In this document: piece by piece, positions 48,336-57,823 of the stretch
How the letters are laid out: each line of letters opens with the position of its first letter
Position numbering within the stretch: position 1 is the stretch's first letter
Origin: Bacteroidota bacterium
GTDB lineage: Bacteria > Bacteroidota > Bacteroidia > Chitinophagales > LD1
Direction of reading: 5' to 3'
DNA: 62,662 bases
Assembly: GCA_947461105.1 (NCBI GenBank)
Contig: CANHIG010000002.1
Coordinates: forward strand, 1 to 62,662
Notes under the pieces: generated by a model
Database searches by the model: none
What the model was told of the DNA's origin: nothing
The model's input: the letters and a program-made list of their open reading frames with translations, nothing else
Translations under genes and position numbers: made by a program

Positions 48336-48370
48336 CAAAAAAGCCGCAAGTGAATCATCACTTACGGCTT
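48336..48370 (-). terminator. Strong hairpin plus U-tract between the binding-protein gene and the permease genes
   Basis: The minus strand reads AAGCCGTAAGTGA-TGAT-TCACTTGCGGCTT, a 13-bp stem with one G-U pair, running into TTTTTTG. Confidence 0.7.
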
Positions 48371-48396
48371 AGCTTTATTTCTAATATATGGATTAT

Positions 48397-50145
48397 TTAC
48401 TCGGCTGCTACAGCTTTAAATTCGCTCAGGTTAAAGCCTGGATTAATCATAATCGGCTCCACTTCGAACTTCTTGCTGATAGCCATTCTGTTTTTAGGAT
48501 AGAACATGAATACCACAGGTTGCTCGTCAGCCAGCATTTGCTGAAACTTTTTGTATAGCTCTACACGCTTATTCTCATCTAAAGTAGAACGCAATTCCTC
48601 TATTAATTTATCAGATTCCGCATTACCAAAGTTTGGATAGTTGCTACCTCCATTCACAGCAGATTTGGTATGCCATAATTGATACGGATCTGAAACTCTG
48701 GCCGGAATGGTCCAAGAACCCATATTCAATTCAAAATCAAACTTGTCCATTTCCTGAAGATACACAGTCCACTCACGCTCCACGATATTTACTTCTATAC
48801 CCACTTTGGCCAGTTGGTCTTTGTACATCAAAGCCTGTTGCTTTGCTACATCATTTCCTGAAGGCAACTTAATATCCAAGGTGAACTTTGCTTTATTTTT
48901 ATCTAAAAATCCATCACCATCTGTGTCTTTCCAACCTGCTTCTGCCAAAAGTGATTTAGATGTTTCGATATTGAAGTCAACAGGTTTGATATCTGTATTG
49001 ATGAATTTACTTTGCACAGCATGCACAAAAGTATTAGCAGGGGTTCCTTCACCATTGCTGAGAGTTTTATTGATTTGGTCTCTGTCAATCGCATGAGCAA
49101 TAGCTTTTCTGACTTTAATATCTTTCAACTTTTCCTTTCTCATATTAAATCCTAAATAGGAATATACTAAGGCATCTTTTCTAACCAGATTAAAAGCATC
49201 AGAAAACAATTTATTTTCCTCAAGCTCTTTGAAACGCTTAGCATCTACTCTGTCATAGGCAGTAAGTTGATTATCCTTAAGCGCTGTAAAGGCAGTGTTG
49301 TTATCAGGAATAATTTTGAAAACAATTTTTTCAGGGAAAGCCCAGAAATCTCTTTGAGCAGCATATTTATCGCCCCACCAGTTTGCCTTACGTTTTACCA
49401 CTATCTCTTGACCAGTGGTCCAGTGGTCTAATTTATAAGCACCGAAACCCGAAATAAACGCAGTATCACGCTGATACTTTTCTGAATTAAATTCTTCAGC
49501 AAATTTAATGATATCTGGATTGCCTTTAAGCTTTTCTGCATTCGCCATCAAATCTTTCACTGTGAATTTCCTCATGATTTTAGCCGGATCATACACATAT
49601 TCCGGAAGACAACGATAAAGTGCAAACTCTGTGATTTTGAAATATTTTTCCTTAGAGAAAACAGTGATTTTTCTGTTATTAGCTGAATCAACCTGTATGT
49701 CACCTAACCAAGAGTAGTATCCCTTCAAGTGTTCGCAGTTAGTCTTTGGATTCACAATTGATTTGATGGTAAAGATGTAATCATCAGCAGTTACAGGTGT
49801 TCCGTTATCCCAGGTAGCATCTTCTTTAAATTCAAATGAAATTTTCATACCACCGGCAAATTCACCTTCAGTAATTTCTTCCAGAAGTGGATCGCTTTTC
49901 AGTAACACATTAGTCAGCTCAAAAGAGTTAGGATCCATTCCCTGAATACCTCCAAAAATCAAATCATTTACGATAGATGCATTAGCAGAAGAGGAGTTGA
50001 TTGGATTGAGCATATCCGGATCAGCAGATTCTCTGTATACAACTGTTCCTTTAGCGGTAGCTTTTCGCTTTCCCTTACATCCTGATAGAACAACCAAAGA
50101 TGCAATGGCAAAAATGGCAATGAATTTTAATGAGTTTAGTTTCAT
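48397..50145 (-). CDS. ABC transporter substrate-binding lipoprotein, family 5 (peptide/nickel)
   Basis: The 582-aa protein has a lipoprotein signal (LVVLSGCKG) and SBP_bac_5-like architecture. Confidence 0.85.
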   Translation of the reverse strand: MKLNSLKFIAIFAIASLVVLSGCKGKRKATAKGTVVYRESADPDMLNPINSSSANASIVNDLIFGGIQGMDPNSFELTNVLLKSDPLLEEITEGEFAGGMKISFEFKEDATWDNGTPVTADDYIFTIKSIVNPKTNCEHLKGYYSWLGDIQVDSANNRKITVFSKEKYFKITEFALYRCLPEYVYDPAKIMRKFTVKDLMANAEKLKGNPDIIKFAEEFNSEKYQRDTAFISGFGAYKLDHWTTGQEIVVKRKANWWGDKYAAQRDFWAFPEKIVFKIIPDNNTAFTALKDNQLTAYDRVDAKRFKELEENKLFSDAFNLVRKDALVYSYLGFNMRKEKLKDIKVRKAIAHAIDRDQINKTLSNGEGTPANTFVHAVQSKFINTDIKPVDFNIETSKSLLAEAGWKDTDGDGFLDKNKAKFTLDIKLPSGNDVAKQQALMYKDQLAKVGIEVNIVEREWTVYLQEMDKFDFELNMGSWTIPARVSDPYQLWHTKSAVNGGSNYPNFGNAESDKLIEELRSTLDENKRVELYKKFQQMLADEQPVVFMFYPKNRMAISKKFEVEPIMINPGFNLSEFKAVAAE

Positions 50146-50305
50146 GGTTTAAAAGTTGATTTAATGTATGGGTAAAAGTATAAAAATTAAGGAACAACAA
50201 AATTTTTGAATCTAACGCGCCAAAACGACTAGGATCATTGAAAATAGGTTAATACCTAAACTATTTGGAGTAGCTTGTGGTTTGAACGGAATATAATCAA
50301 AAGAT

Positions 50306-51226
50306 ATGCAAAAAGTACTGATCACAGGCGCAAGCGGACTAATCGGAAAAGAACTGATTTCAGAGCTGTTGAATCATGATTTTGAAGTAAACACTCTTAC
50401 CCGAAAGAAGTTTGAGTGCAATAAAAAAGTGAAACAATTTCTTTGGAACATAGAGAAGGGGGGAATTGAAGAAAGAGCGTTTGACGGAGTTGCTACAATT
50501 ATTCACCTTGCAGGAGCCGGAGTAGCAGATGAGAGTTGGACGGCAGTGCGAAAAAAAGAACTTTGGAATAGCAGAATCAATGCTACAAAACTGCTCTATC
50601 AAAAAATAGCCGCTCTGGAACATAGCAGTATAAAAAAGATTATCTCTGCTTCTGCAGTTGGGTTCTATGGTGACAGAGGCGCAACACTACTAACCGAAAA
50701 ATCAAAGGCCGGCACCGGCTTTTTAGCAGACCTCTGTGTGGCTTGGGAGAAAGAAGCCGATGCCTTCTCGGCACTTGGTATTGAAGTTGCAAAAACGAGA
50801 ATCGGAATAGTAATTTCAGAAAAAGGTGGCGCCTTACCTGAAATGATGAAGACCGTAAAATTTGGAGTGGGAGGCTATTTTGCAAAACCGGACTTATACT
50901 ATCCCTGGATTCATATTTCAGACATTGTGAGTGCTTTTCGATTTTTGGCGGAACATGAAGAACTGAGTGGTGTATTTAACTTTACAGCTCCTAAACCTGT
51001 TACACATCAAAACCTAATGAAAGCTACGATTGCAGAATCAGGAAAATTTGCGTTGTTGGTTCCAGCCCCATCTTTTGCTTTGAAACTTGCTATGGGCGAA
51101 ATGGCTGATATGCTTTTGAATAGTCAAAACTGCAGACCAAAGGCATTGCTTGATTCAGGATTTGAATTCAAATTCAGCGAAGTAGACAAGGCGATGAAAG
51201 ATTGTTTTAAAACAGCTAAGGATTAA
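50306..51226 (+). CDS. TIGR01777-type NAD(P)-binding epimerase-like protein (YfcH-like, DUF1731 C-terminus)
   Basis: It has KVLITGASGLIGKEL and a C-terminal region ...LLNSQNCRPKALLDSGFEFKF typical of this family. Confidence 0.8.
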   Translation: MQKVLITGASGLIGKELISELLNHDFEVNTLTRKKFECNKKVKQFLWNIEKGGIEERAFDGVATIIHLAGAGVADESWTAVRKKELWNSRINATKLLYQKIAALEHSSIKKIISASAVGFYGDRGATLLTEKSKAGTGFLADLCVAWEKEADAFSALGIEVAKTRIGIVISEKGGALPEMMKTVKFGVGGYFAKPDLYYPWIHISDIVSAFRFLAEHEELSGVFNFTAPKPVTHQNLMKATIAESGKFALLVPAPSFALKLAMGEMADMLLNSQNCRPKALLDSGFEFKFSEVDKAMKDCFKTAKD

Positions 51227-51548
51227 GAAAAATATATTCGTAAGTATAATTTCCTTGTTCACCTGCCAATGTGGAAGTCATGAGTGTGAAACCCTTTTTG
51301 CGCATTCTGTTCAGCACTTCTACAACGAGCTTTAAGTTTTCAGGTTCTGTCTTTTCAGAATAAGGCTGCAAGTCTATTTTCTCGCTATCGCCATTATCAT
51401 AAGTAATCAATATCTGAGGAGCCATATAGGTATTGCCTACCGCGATATTTTTAGCACAATCTATCACTCTTATCAAAGCATATCCCTTCTGAGATTTAGC
51501 AGTGAAAGAGCAACCTACTATAATTAATATTGTTGCTATCCATTTCAT
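51216..51548 (-). CDS. Small exported protein (possible lipoprotein) of unknown function
   Basis: The 110-aa protein starts MKWIATILIIVGCSF. It lies 13 nt downstream of the TonB-dependent receptor gene on the same strand. Confidence 0.5.
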   Translation of the reverse strand: MKWIATILIIVGCSFTAKSQKGYALIRVIDCAKNIAVGNTYMAPQILITYDNGDSEKIDLQPYSEKTEPENLKLVVEVLNRMRKKGFTLMTSTLAGEQGNYTYEYIFLNP

Positions 51549-51561
51549 GGTTGCAATTTAA

Positions 51562-53910
51562 CTAAAAACGGAAATTAAGCTGAATGGTATATGAACGCGG
51601 AGGATTTGGCTTGGCAACTCTCACCGCAAAATCATTATTCAATACATTCTTGATGATGAAATTAGCAGAAATGTTTTTAGTGAATACCCCTCCGATTCTT
51701 AAATCCCATTGCCAGTCACCTTTCCCGTTTCTACTATTTCTAGCTTCACGCAAATCCGGAACCGCAAAATTAAACACCTCCGCTATATTTTGCATGTAGC
51801 TGTAATAAAAAACCGAAGTCCCGAGACGAACCCGTTTAAACAAAAGCGCGTCTACATCAAACTTGAAAGTATGGCGATTTCTATAACTAAGCAATGCCGT
51901 TTGGGTTAAAGAATCTGTTTTCACATAAGATTGAAAAGCCTTCTTAATTAGCCAACCTATATCATTGCTAGCAGCGGGCTTCGTTAAATCTACAGGTAAA
52001 AAATACGTGTACCCTCCCTGAAAACTTAAATCCACAGGGCCTATTGTTCCCTCGCCAACCAAGGCAAATTCCCATCCAAAAATCCTTGCTCTCGAAACAT
52101 TTTTAGAACGGAAGTATCCGTTTACAGTTCCATCAATGTATTTAGCATATTCAATATCAAATTCAATCATTTGCTTAAATTGGTTGAAGAAGATGGCAGC
52201 ATCGGCATATCCCCTCCAGTTTTTACCTATTGCAAAACTTCTTTTATATCCCAATTCTGCCGTAAAGCCTGACTCAGGCTTGATGGTAGGATTTGGCAAA
52301 ATATGTAACACAGCTAAATCGTAGGTTACAAATCGCTCTGCAATACTACCATATCTGTATGCAGAACCAATACCAAACCTGATGTAGTTATATCGTTTAA
52401 ACTGATAGTTGAGCCCAAGTCTAAGGATTGGCATTTTAAAAGTTTTGCCATTTTTCATATCTACTTCTATCGGCAATAATTTGAAGACACTATCCAAATT
52501 AAAGTATTCCAATCTCGCTCCCAATGTAGCAGAGAGGCCTTTCCAAGTTAAGTCGCCTTGAAGATAAACACCTCCCTGATTTCCCTTGTGCATACCAAGT
52601 GTATTATCCTGCATGGAAAAGTGAGTATTGTTAATTCCTACGAGAACCTTGAAGAAATTACCAAAATCGTGTCGGTATTGCAAGTCGGTGTAGAACTGAT
52701 CAAACTTTGGCCTGCCGTTGGGGTCAGCAAGTGTTTGCTGATGAAACCACCTTGTTAACAATCGAACCTGATTGTTTCTCTTATCCATGTAGGTGATGCT
52801 GGGATCTATAGTGAGATAGAAGTAATTATAGTAAATGGAGACCCCGGGAGCTGCCTCATAAGGAGTTGCCATACCTTTCCAAAACATTTGGTCTGAATAC
52901 TTGCGCCACATTGTTGAGCCCGCAAGGCCTAAAATCAGTCTGTTATTGAGTTTTGATGGCAGATATCTCAACTTAAAACTAAGTCTGGCTCTGCTATCAC
53001 TTTCACTTCTTAAATGGCTTCTGGTTTGGTTTAAATTACCTCCGAAAGAGTATTCAAAATCTTTTATTTTTCTTCTGTGACCGAAGGTGATACCCACGGT
53101 ATGTGGTTTATCCAAAAGTGGTATTGTATCTCCTGCCCACCATTTGTAAGAAGCCTTTGGAGGATTATCAAATAATTCCGTGTAAGTGGTAAAACTTGTA
53201 TGAGGAGAGTCTGTCGGATTGGCAGTAGTCAATTGTATTACTCCATTTAATGCAGAAGACCCATACTGAACTGATGCTGCACCTTTAAGCACCTCGACCT
53301 GAGCAATATTTTCAAGAGGAACAAACTCCCATTTTATCTCTCCTCTGTCAGGTGTAATAAGCGGCATATCATCTATAACCATCATAACACGACTACCGCT
53401 TCCGTATGAGAATCCTCCGCCTCCTCTAATGGAAACAGAACCATCCATAGTAGTGACTCCGGGTACTTTATTTACTAATTGAAGAACATTAGTAATATTA
53501 TTGTTTTCAATGATTCGCGGCTTAAATACCTCAATTGTTACAGACTCTTTTTGAATTCTCTTTGCAGATTTTCCAACGCTAAATACCACAGTATTTAATT
53601 CCTTGTCTGAGTACTTCAGCGCAACATTATCAGTTTTGGTTTGACTTGGATTTAGAGTGTAAGTAACCGTGTCGGGACTGTACCCTACATAGTTAAAAAC
53701 CAGACTCACTGTGCCGGGATTTACCTGAATGTTGTATTCCCCTGCTGAGTTTGACAGGACTTTATTGGAAGAGTTCAGTTCAAAAACACTTGCTTCTGCC
53801 AAACCATTTCTGGATTCGGCATCTCTGATTATCCCTTTAACAATAGCTTTTTGGGCAAACAGCGAAAAAAAACTACTCCCTATTAATACGCTAAGTATAT
53901 ATTTCTTCAT
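51562..53910 (-). CDS. TonB-dependent outer-membrane receptor with an N-terminal carboxypeptidase-regulatory-like domain
   Basis: It has a signal peptide from the ATG at 53910 (MKKYILSVLIGSSFFSLFA), a CarbopepD_reg-like segment, a plug (VEVLKGAASVQYGSSALNGVI) and a C-terminal ...QLNFRF. Confidence 0.85.
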   Translation of the reverse strand: MKKYILSVLIGSSFFSLFAQKAIVKGIIRDAESRNGLAEASVFELNSSNKVLSNSAGEYNIQVNPGTVSLVFNYVGYSPDTVTYTLNPSQTKTDNVALKYSDKELNTVVFSVGKSAKRIQKESVTIEVFKPRIIENNNITNVLQLVNKVPGVTTMDGSVSIRGGGGFSYGSGSRVMMVIDDMPLITPDRGEIKWEFVPLENIAQVEVLKGAASVQYGSSALNGVIQLTTANPTDSPHTSFTTYTELFDNPPKASYKWWAGDTIPLLDKPHTVGITFGHRRKIKDFEYSFGGNLNQTRSHLRSESDSRARLSFKLRYLPSKLNNRLILGLAGSTMWRKYSDQMFWKGMATPYEAAPGVSIYYNYFYLTIDPSITYMDKRNNQVRLLTRWFHQQTLADPNGRPKFDQFYTDLQYRHDFGNFFKVLVGINNTHFSMQDNTLGMHKGNQGGVYLQGDLTWKGLSATLGARLEYFNLDSVFKLLPIEVDMKNGKTFKMPILRLGLNYQFKRYNYIRFGIGSAYRYGSIAERFVTYDLAVLHILPNPTIKPESGFTAELGYKRSFAIGKNWRGYADAAIFFNQFKQMIEFDIEYAKYIDGTVNGYFRSKNVSRARIFGWEFALVGEGTIGPVDLSFQGGYTYFLPVDLTKPAASNDIGWLIKKAFQSYVKTDSLTQTALLSYRNRHTFKFDVDALLFKRVRLGTSVFYYSYMQNIAEVFNFAVPDLREARNSRNGKGDWQWDLRIGGVFTKNISANFIIKNVLNNDFAVRVAKPNPPRSYTIQLNFRF

Positions 53911-54031
53911 GCGAAAATTTTCAATGAAACACTTAAATATAACTGCCAAATAAACAAATTTTTGAATAATGATGCAAAAAGCAATGCAATCCTTAAATAA
54001 AAGTGAAGGTTATTTTATACATATTTGAGTT

Positions 54032-54259
54032 ATGAATTTGAATGATTTCACTGAAAAATTTGCCTCATGTTTCACTGAGAAGGAAGCTAAAACAATTAAT
54101 CAGAGTACAGAATTCAGGAAACTGGAGGAATGGAACTCTATGATGGCATTGATTATCATCTCTACCATTGATGAAGCTTTTAATCTTACTTTGACTGCAA
54201 ATGACCTGAGAGCATCAACCACTATTACCGACCTATTTGAAAGATTGACAAAGCAATAA
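54032..54259 (+). CDS. Acyl carrier protein (stand-alone, non-FAS type)
   Basis: The 75-aa protein has a phosphopantetheine attachment context LEEWNSMMALIIISTIDEAF. Confidence 0.75.
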   Translation: MNLNDFTEKFASCFTEKEAKTINQSTEFRKLEEWNSMMALIIISTIDEAFNLTLTANDLRASTTITDLFERLTKQ

Positions 54260-55309
54260 ATGCCAATTTTTAATATTCCCAACGTGAAGATTTCTGGCAT
54301 TGCCTCCTCAGTGCCGGTAAAGGTTATGGACAATAACGACTATAATTTCGGAACAGAATCCGAAAAGCAACTTTTCATCAAAACTGTTGGCATCAGATAC
54401 CGAAGAATCGCTGAAAAAGGAACTACTGCCTCTGATTTGTGTATTGCTGCCGCTAATAAGCTTATGGAGCAAATAGGTTGGGAAAGATCTGAAATAAAAA
54501 TCCTAATCTTTATTTCTCAAACGCCAGACTATCAGATTCCATTTACAGCAAGTATAATTCAAGATAAACTAAGCCTTACAAAAGATTGTATGGCATTTGA
54601 TATTAATCTTGGTTGTTCTGGCTATGTCTATGGACTAAGTATTGCTGCATCCCTTTTAAATAGTTTAAGTGCAGGTAAAGCGCTATTGCTTGTAGGGGAT
54701 TGCTCTTCACACTGTATTTCTACAAACGATAAAAGTGTAACACCCCTGTTTTCAGATGCGGGCAGTGCCACAGCATTAGAAAAAAAAGAAGGAGAAACGA
54801 TGTCATTCAATTTACAAACAGATGGAAATGAGTTTGACGATATAATTATCCAAGACGGAGGAATGAAATCGCCTTTTTCTTCTGACTCGTTACTTTACAA
54901 AGAAATTGAGCCAGGTATAAACAGAGCCGCTATAAACATGAGTTTGGACGGGTTGAAAATTTTCAACTTTGCACTTCGAGAAATTCCAGGAAATGTAAAT
55001 AACCTGCTAGCTCACTCTATTATAGATGTAGCAGAAATTGAGACTGCATTTTTTCATCAGGCCAATTTACTGATGAATGAGAGTATTAGGAAGAAATTAA
55101 AAATTAATGCAGATAAGGTTCCCTATTCGCTTTATGAATTTGGAAATACAAGTTCGGCATCAATTCCAATAACCATTTGCAATAAACTTCACAATAAAGA
55201 AACAAAGCCAAAAACCGTATTACTATGTGGCTTTGGAGTTGGACTTTCTTGGGGTTCAGCAATTGCAGATTTATCTTCGGCAAAAATTCTACCTATTATT
55301 GAGGTATAA
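54260..55309 (+). CDS. KAS III (FabH-like) 3-oxoacyl-ACP synthase family protein
   Basis: It has a Cys-His-Asn triad context (LGCSGYVYG, FFHQAN, FGNTSSASIP). Its ATG directly abuts the ACP stop codon. Confidence 0.85.
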   Translation: MPIFNIPNVKISGIASSVPVKVMDNNDYNFGTESEKQLFIKTVGIRYRRIAEKGTTASDLCIAAANKLMEQIGWERSEIKILIFISQTPDYQIPFTASIIQDKLSLTKDCMAFDINLGCSGYVYGLSIAASLLNSLSAGKALLLVGDCSSHCISTNDKSVTPLFSDAGSATALEKKEGETMSFNLQTDGNEFDDIIIQDGGMKSPFSSDSLLYKEIEPGINRAAINMSLDGLKIFNFALREIPGNVNNLLAHSIIDVAEIETAFFHQANLLMNESIRKKLKINADKVPYSLYEFGNTSSASIPITICNKLHNKETKPKTVLLCGFGVGLSWGSAIADLSSAKILPIIEV

Positions 55310-55350
55310 CTTTTTGAGAACAACACTTTCTTTTTAGCTTTAAGATTACA

Positions 55351-56277
55351 ATGTCGTATTCAGAGGAAAAATATCTATCTATCGTGGTGCCTGTATATAA
55401 CAGTGCAGCATCGCTTAGTATACTTTGCGCTGAAGTAGAGAAGAGCATGCATGAACTAAAATATTCTTACGAGCTGATATTGGTAGATGATGGGAGTAGA
55501 GATAACAGCTGGCAAAAAATTTGCGAATTAAAAAAGCAATTTCACTTTTTGAGCGGCTATAGATTGCATAAAAATAGTGGCCAACACAATGCTTTGGTAT
55601 GCGGAATTGCAAAAGCTCAAGGAACCTGGATTGTAACGCTGGATGACGATTTGCAGTTTTCGCCACATGACATCAAAACGCTTCATGATTGTGCCCAAAA
55701 CGAAGATGCGGCATTAGTTTATGGCGTACCAGTGAAAAAACAAAAGAGTATAATCCGTAGTATGGGCAGCAAATTCTTAACTGTCATTTTTAATCACTTT
55801 GCAGATTTACCAGTTCAGGGTTCTTCATTCAAACTGATACATAAAGATGTTGCTGAAAAGCTGAAAGACTTCAATCACCCTTTTTTATTTATTGATGAAA
55901 TCCTTTGCTGGCATGCACATCATGTTACCACTGTAGATGTAAAACACGCTTCAAGAGAAAACGGCAAATCAAACTATAGCTTTTTAAAATTGATTCAGAT
56001 TGCATTAAAATTCATAATCAGCTATACCACTTTTCCACTCAGACTTATCACCTATTTTGGTCTATTATCATTTATAGTTTGTTTGGGTTTCATCATCTAC
56101 TTTCTTTTCATGAAGTACACCTATGGTGCTGAACTTGGTTTTACAGCTACAATCGTTTCTATTTTTATGTCTTCAGGATTAATACTTTTCTGCATTGGAG
56201 TAATCGGAGAGTATCTCAATCGCCTTTTCCTGATTCAATCGGGCAAACCCAATTACATCATTAAATCTGAAGTGTGA
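55351..56277 (+). CDS. GT2 polyprenyl-phosphate glycosyltransferase, ArnC/GtrB-like, with two C-terminal TM helices
   Basis: It has VVPVYN, LVDDGSRDNS and NSGQHNALVCGI...IVTLDDDLQFSP, which parallel the ArnC motifs. Confidence 0.8.
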   Translation: MSYSEEKYLSIVVPVYNSAASLSILCAEVEKSMHELKYSYELILVDDGSRDNSWQKICELKKQFHFLSGYRLHKNSGQHNALVCGIAKAQGTWIVTLDDDLQFSPHDIKTLHDCAQNEDAALVYGVPVKKQKSIIRSMGSKFLTVIFNHFADLPVQGSSFKLIHKDVAEKLKDFNHPFLFIDEILCWHAHHVTTVDVKHASRENGKSNYSFLKLIQIALKFIISYTTFPLRLITYFGLLSFIVCLGFIIYFLFMKYTYGAELGFTATIVSIFMSSGLILFCIGVIGEYLNRLFLIQSGKPNYIIKSEV

Positions 56278-56870
56278 TTTTAGATAAGTACGGAATTGAA
56301 TTAGTAAGGCTGACCTCAGACAAGATAGAACTTCTAAGAGCGTGGCGTAATGAGCCTAAAATTAAAAAACACATGTTTTTTGATGGAGAAATCACGGCTA
56401 ACATGCAGCATAAATGGTTTGAAAGTATTGACAACATATCAAACCACTATTTCCTGATTCGCTATCATGAAGAGTTTGTTGGTCTTATTCATTTATCTGA
56501 CTTAGACTTTGAGAAAAAAGATTGCTTCTCCGGTCTTTTTATTTATGAAGACTCGCTACTGGGAACAGATATTCCGGTGAGAGCATCACTATGTTTTTTA
56601 GATTACTTTTTTAGTACAGACTTAGTCTATACTTTCTTCGCCAAAACAAAAATGGATAACAAAGTTGCCATCAACTATAATCTTGCTCTTGGTTTTGAAA
56701 TTGCTGGTGAAACAGAAAATGGGAAGGGCTATCTGATGCGGCTAATCAAGGAAGATTATCATCAAAAAACGATGCCCCTCAAGAAAGCGCTTGGCAAGGA
56801 TGACGGCAGATTAGTATTTGATTATAGCAACGAAGTGGAATTAGCGTGGTCAAAGAAAGTACACCATTAA
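56274..56870 (+). CDS. GNAT-family N-acyltransferase (PseH/RimL-like N-terminus)
   Basis: The GTG start overlaps the GT2 stop (GTGA). It has the LRAWRNEPKIKKHMFF motif and is 198 aa. Confidence 0.65.
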   Translation: MILDKYGIELVRLTSDKIELLRAWRNEPKIKKHMFFDGEITANMQHKWFESIDNISNHYFLIRYHEEFVGLIHLSDLDFEKKDCFSGLFIYEDSLLGTDIPVRASLCFLDYFFSTDLVYTFFAKTKMDNKVAINYNLALGFEIAGETENGKGYLMRLIKEDYHQKTMPLKKALGKDDGRLVFDYSNEVELAWSKKVHH

Positions 56871-57781
56871 CTTCCCTGCAATATTTTCCATCTTAATTCG
56901 TCCAATAGAAATTTTAATTTCCTTGAAAAACTCATGCGCTCCATTTCAAGCATTAGTGCTGTTCGGTAGCATGGATTTAGCCCCCAAATGACTAATCGCT
57001 TAAAAAATGGCTCATCAGAATAAGGGAACTTCTCCTGAGAAAGCAATAGTTTTATTTTGGGAAAAATATTTTTCTCATAAACATGCCTGTTGTAACTATA
57101 CAGCTTTGAATTAACAGGCGGCATAACTTCCATACCAATATGAAAGGTGAGATGCTCCTGGTCAAATACTTTCAACTTTTGCGAAAAAGCAATGAGATTA
57201 TGTAACAGGCTTACTTCTATAAAAGGAACTCCCACACATATCCTATCAAGAATTAATTTTTCTGCTACGGTGCGATGCATAACAAAAGCATCATAGCCGG
57301 GATGAGGTTTGCCTTTGTCAGCATATATCTCAGTCATTTGGGTTTTGGATTTATACTGCAACCCAATACGCCTTCGCGTAATTAACATGGCATCAAATCC
57401 ATACTCTGTTATTTGCTGTAAAACAAAATCATAAAAAAAAGGCATCAACCCAATATCCATATTGGTAAATATTAAATAATCAGCATCGGAATTTTGAAGA
57501 CCTGCCTTTATAATATCATCAACAAAAGGGAGCTTCCTAATAGATTTATCTTGAATTTCATCTTGCACAGAGCGATTTAGATTAGCTAGAATTTTGAAAT
57601 CAGCAGGAATTACAAATCTGTCTTCTTCAAATTGTGTGGTCAACAACGTTATAGATTGCACACCGCTATATTTTTTAGCATTGACAATACTCTGGAATGT
57701 GATTTCCTGAATCGGGGAAAACGCATCAGACTCTTTAAGCCCTATTGGATTAATTATATGTGCAAGCTTGATGTCGGACAT
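56867..57781 (-). CDS. Unassigned protein with a GT-A-like acidic motif
   Basis: The ATG at 57781 (MSDIKLAHIINP) is preferred over the listed TTG. The segment DADYLIFTNMDIG resembles a DxD-type nucleotide-sugar binding segment. It converges on the GNAT gene with a 4-nt overlap. Confidence 0.45.
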   Translation of the reverse strand: MSDIKLAHIINPIGLKESDAFSPIQEITFQSIVNAKKYSGVQSITLLTTQFEEDRFVIPADFKILANLNRSVQDEIQDKSIRKLPFVDDIIKAGLQNSDADYLIFTNMDIGLMPFFYDFVLQQITEYGFDAMLITRRRIGLQYKSKTQMTEIYADKGKPHPGYDAFVMHRTVAEKLILDRICVGVPFIEVSLLHNLIAFSQKLKVFDQEHLTFHIGMEVMPPVNSKLYSYNRHVYEKNIFPKIKLLLSQEKFPYSDEPFFKRLVIWGLNPCYRTALMLEMERMSFSRKLKFLLDELRWKILQGS

Positions 57782-57823
57782 TCCAAATAAATTATATTTA
57801 CCGAAAAATAAACATTTAACGTT

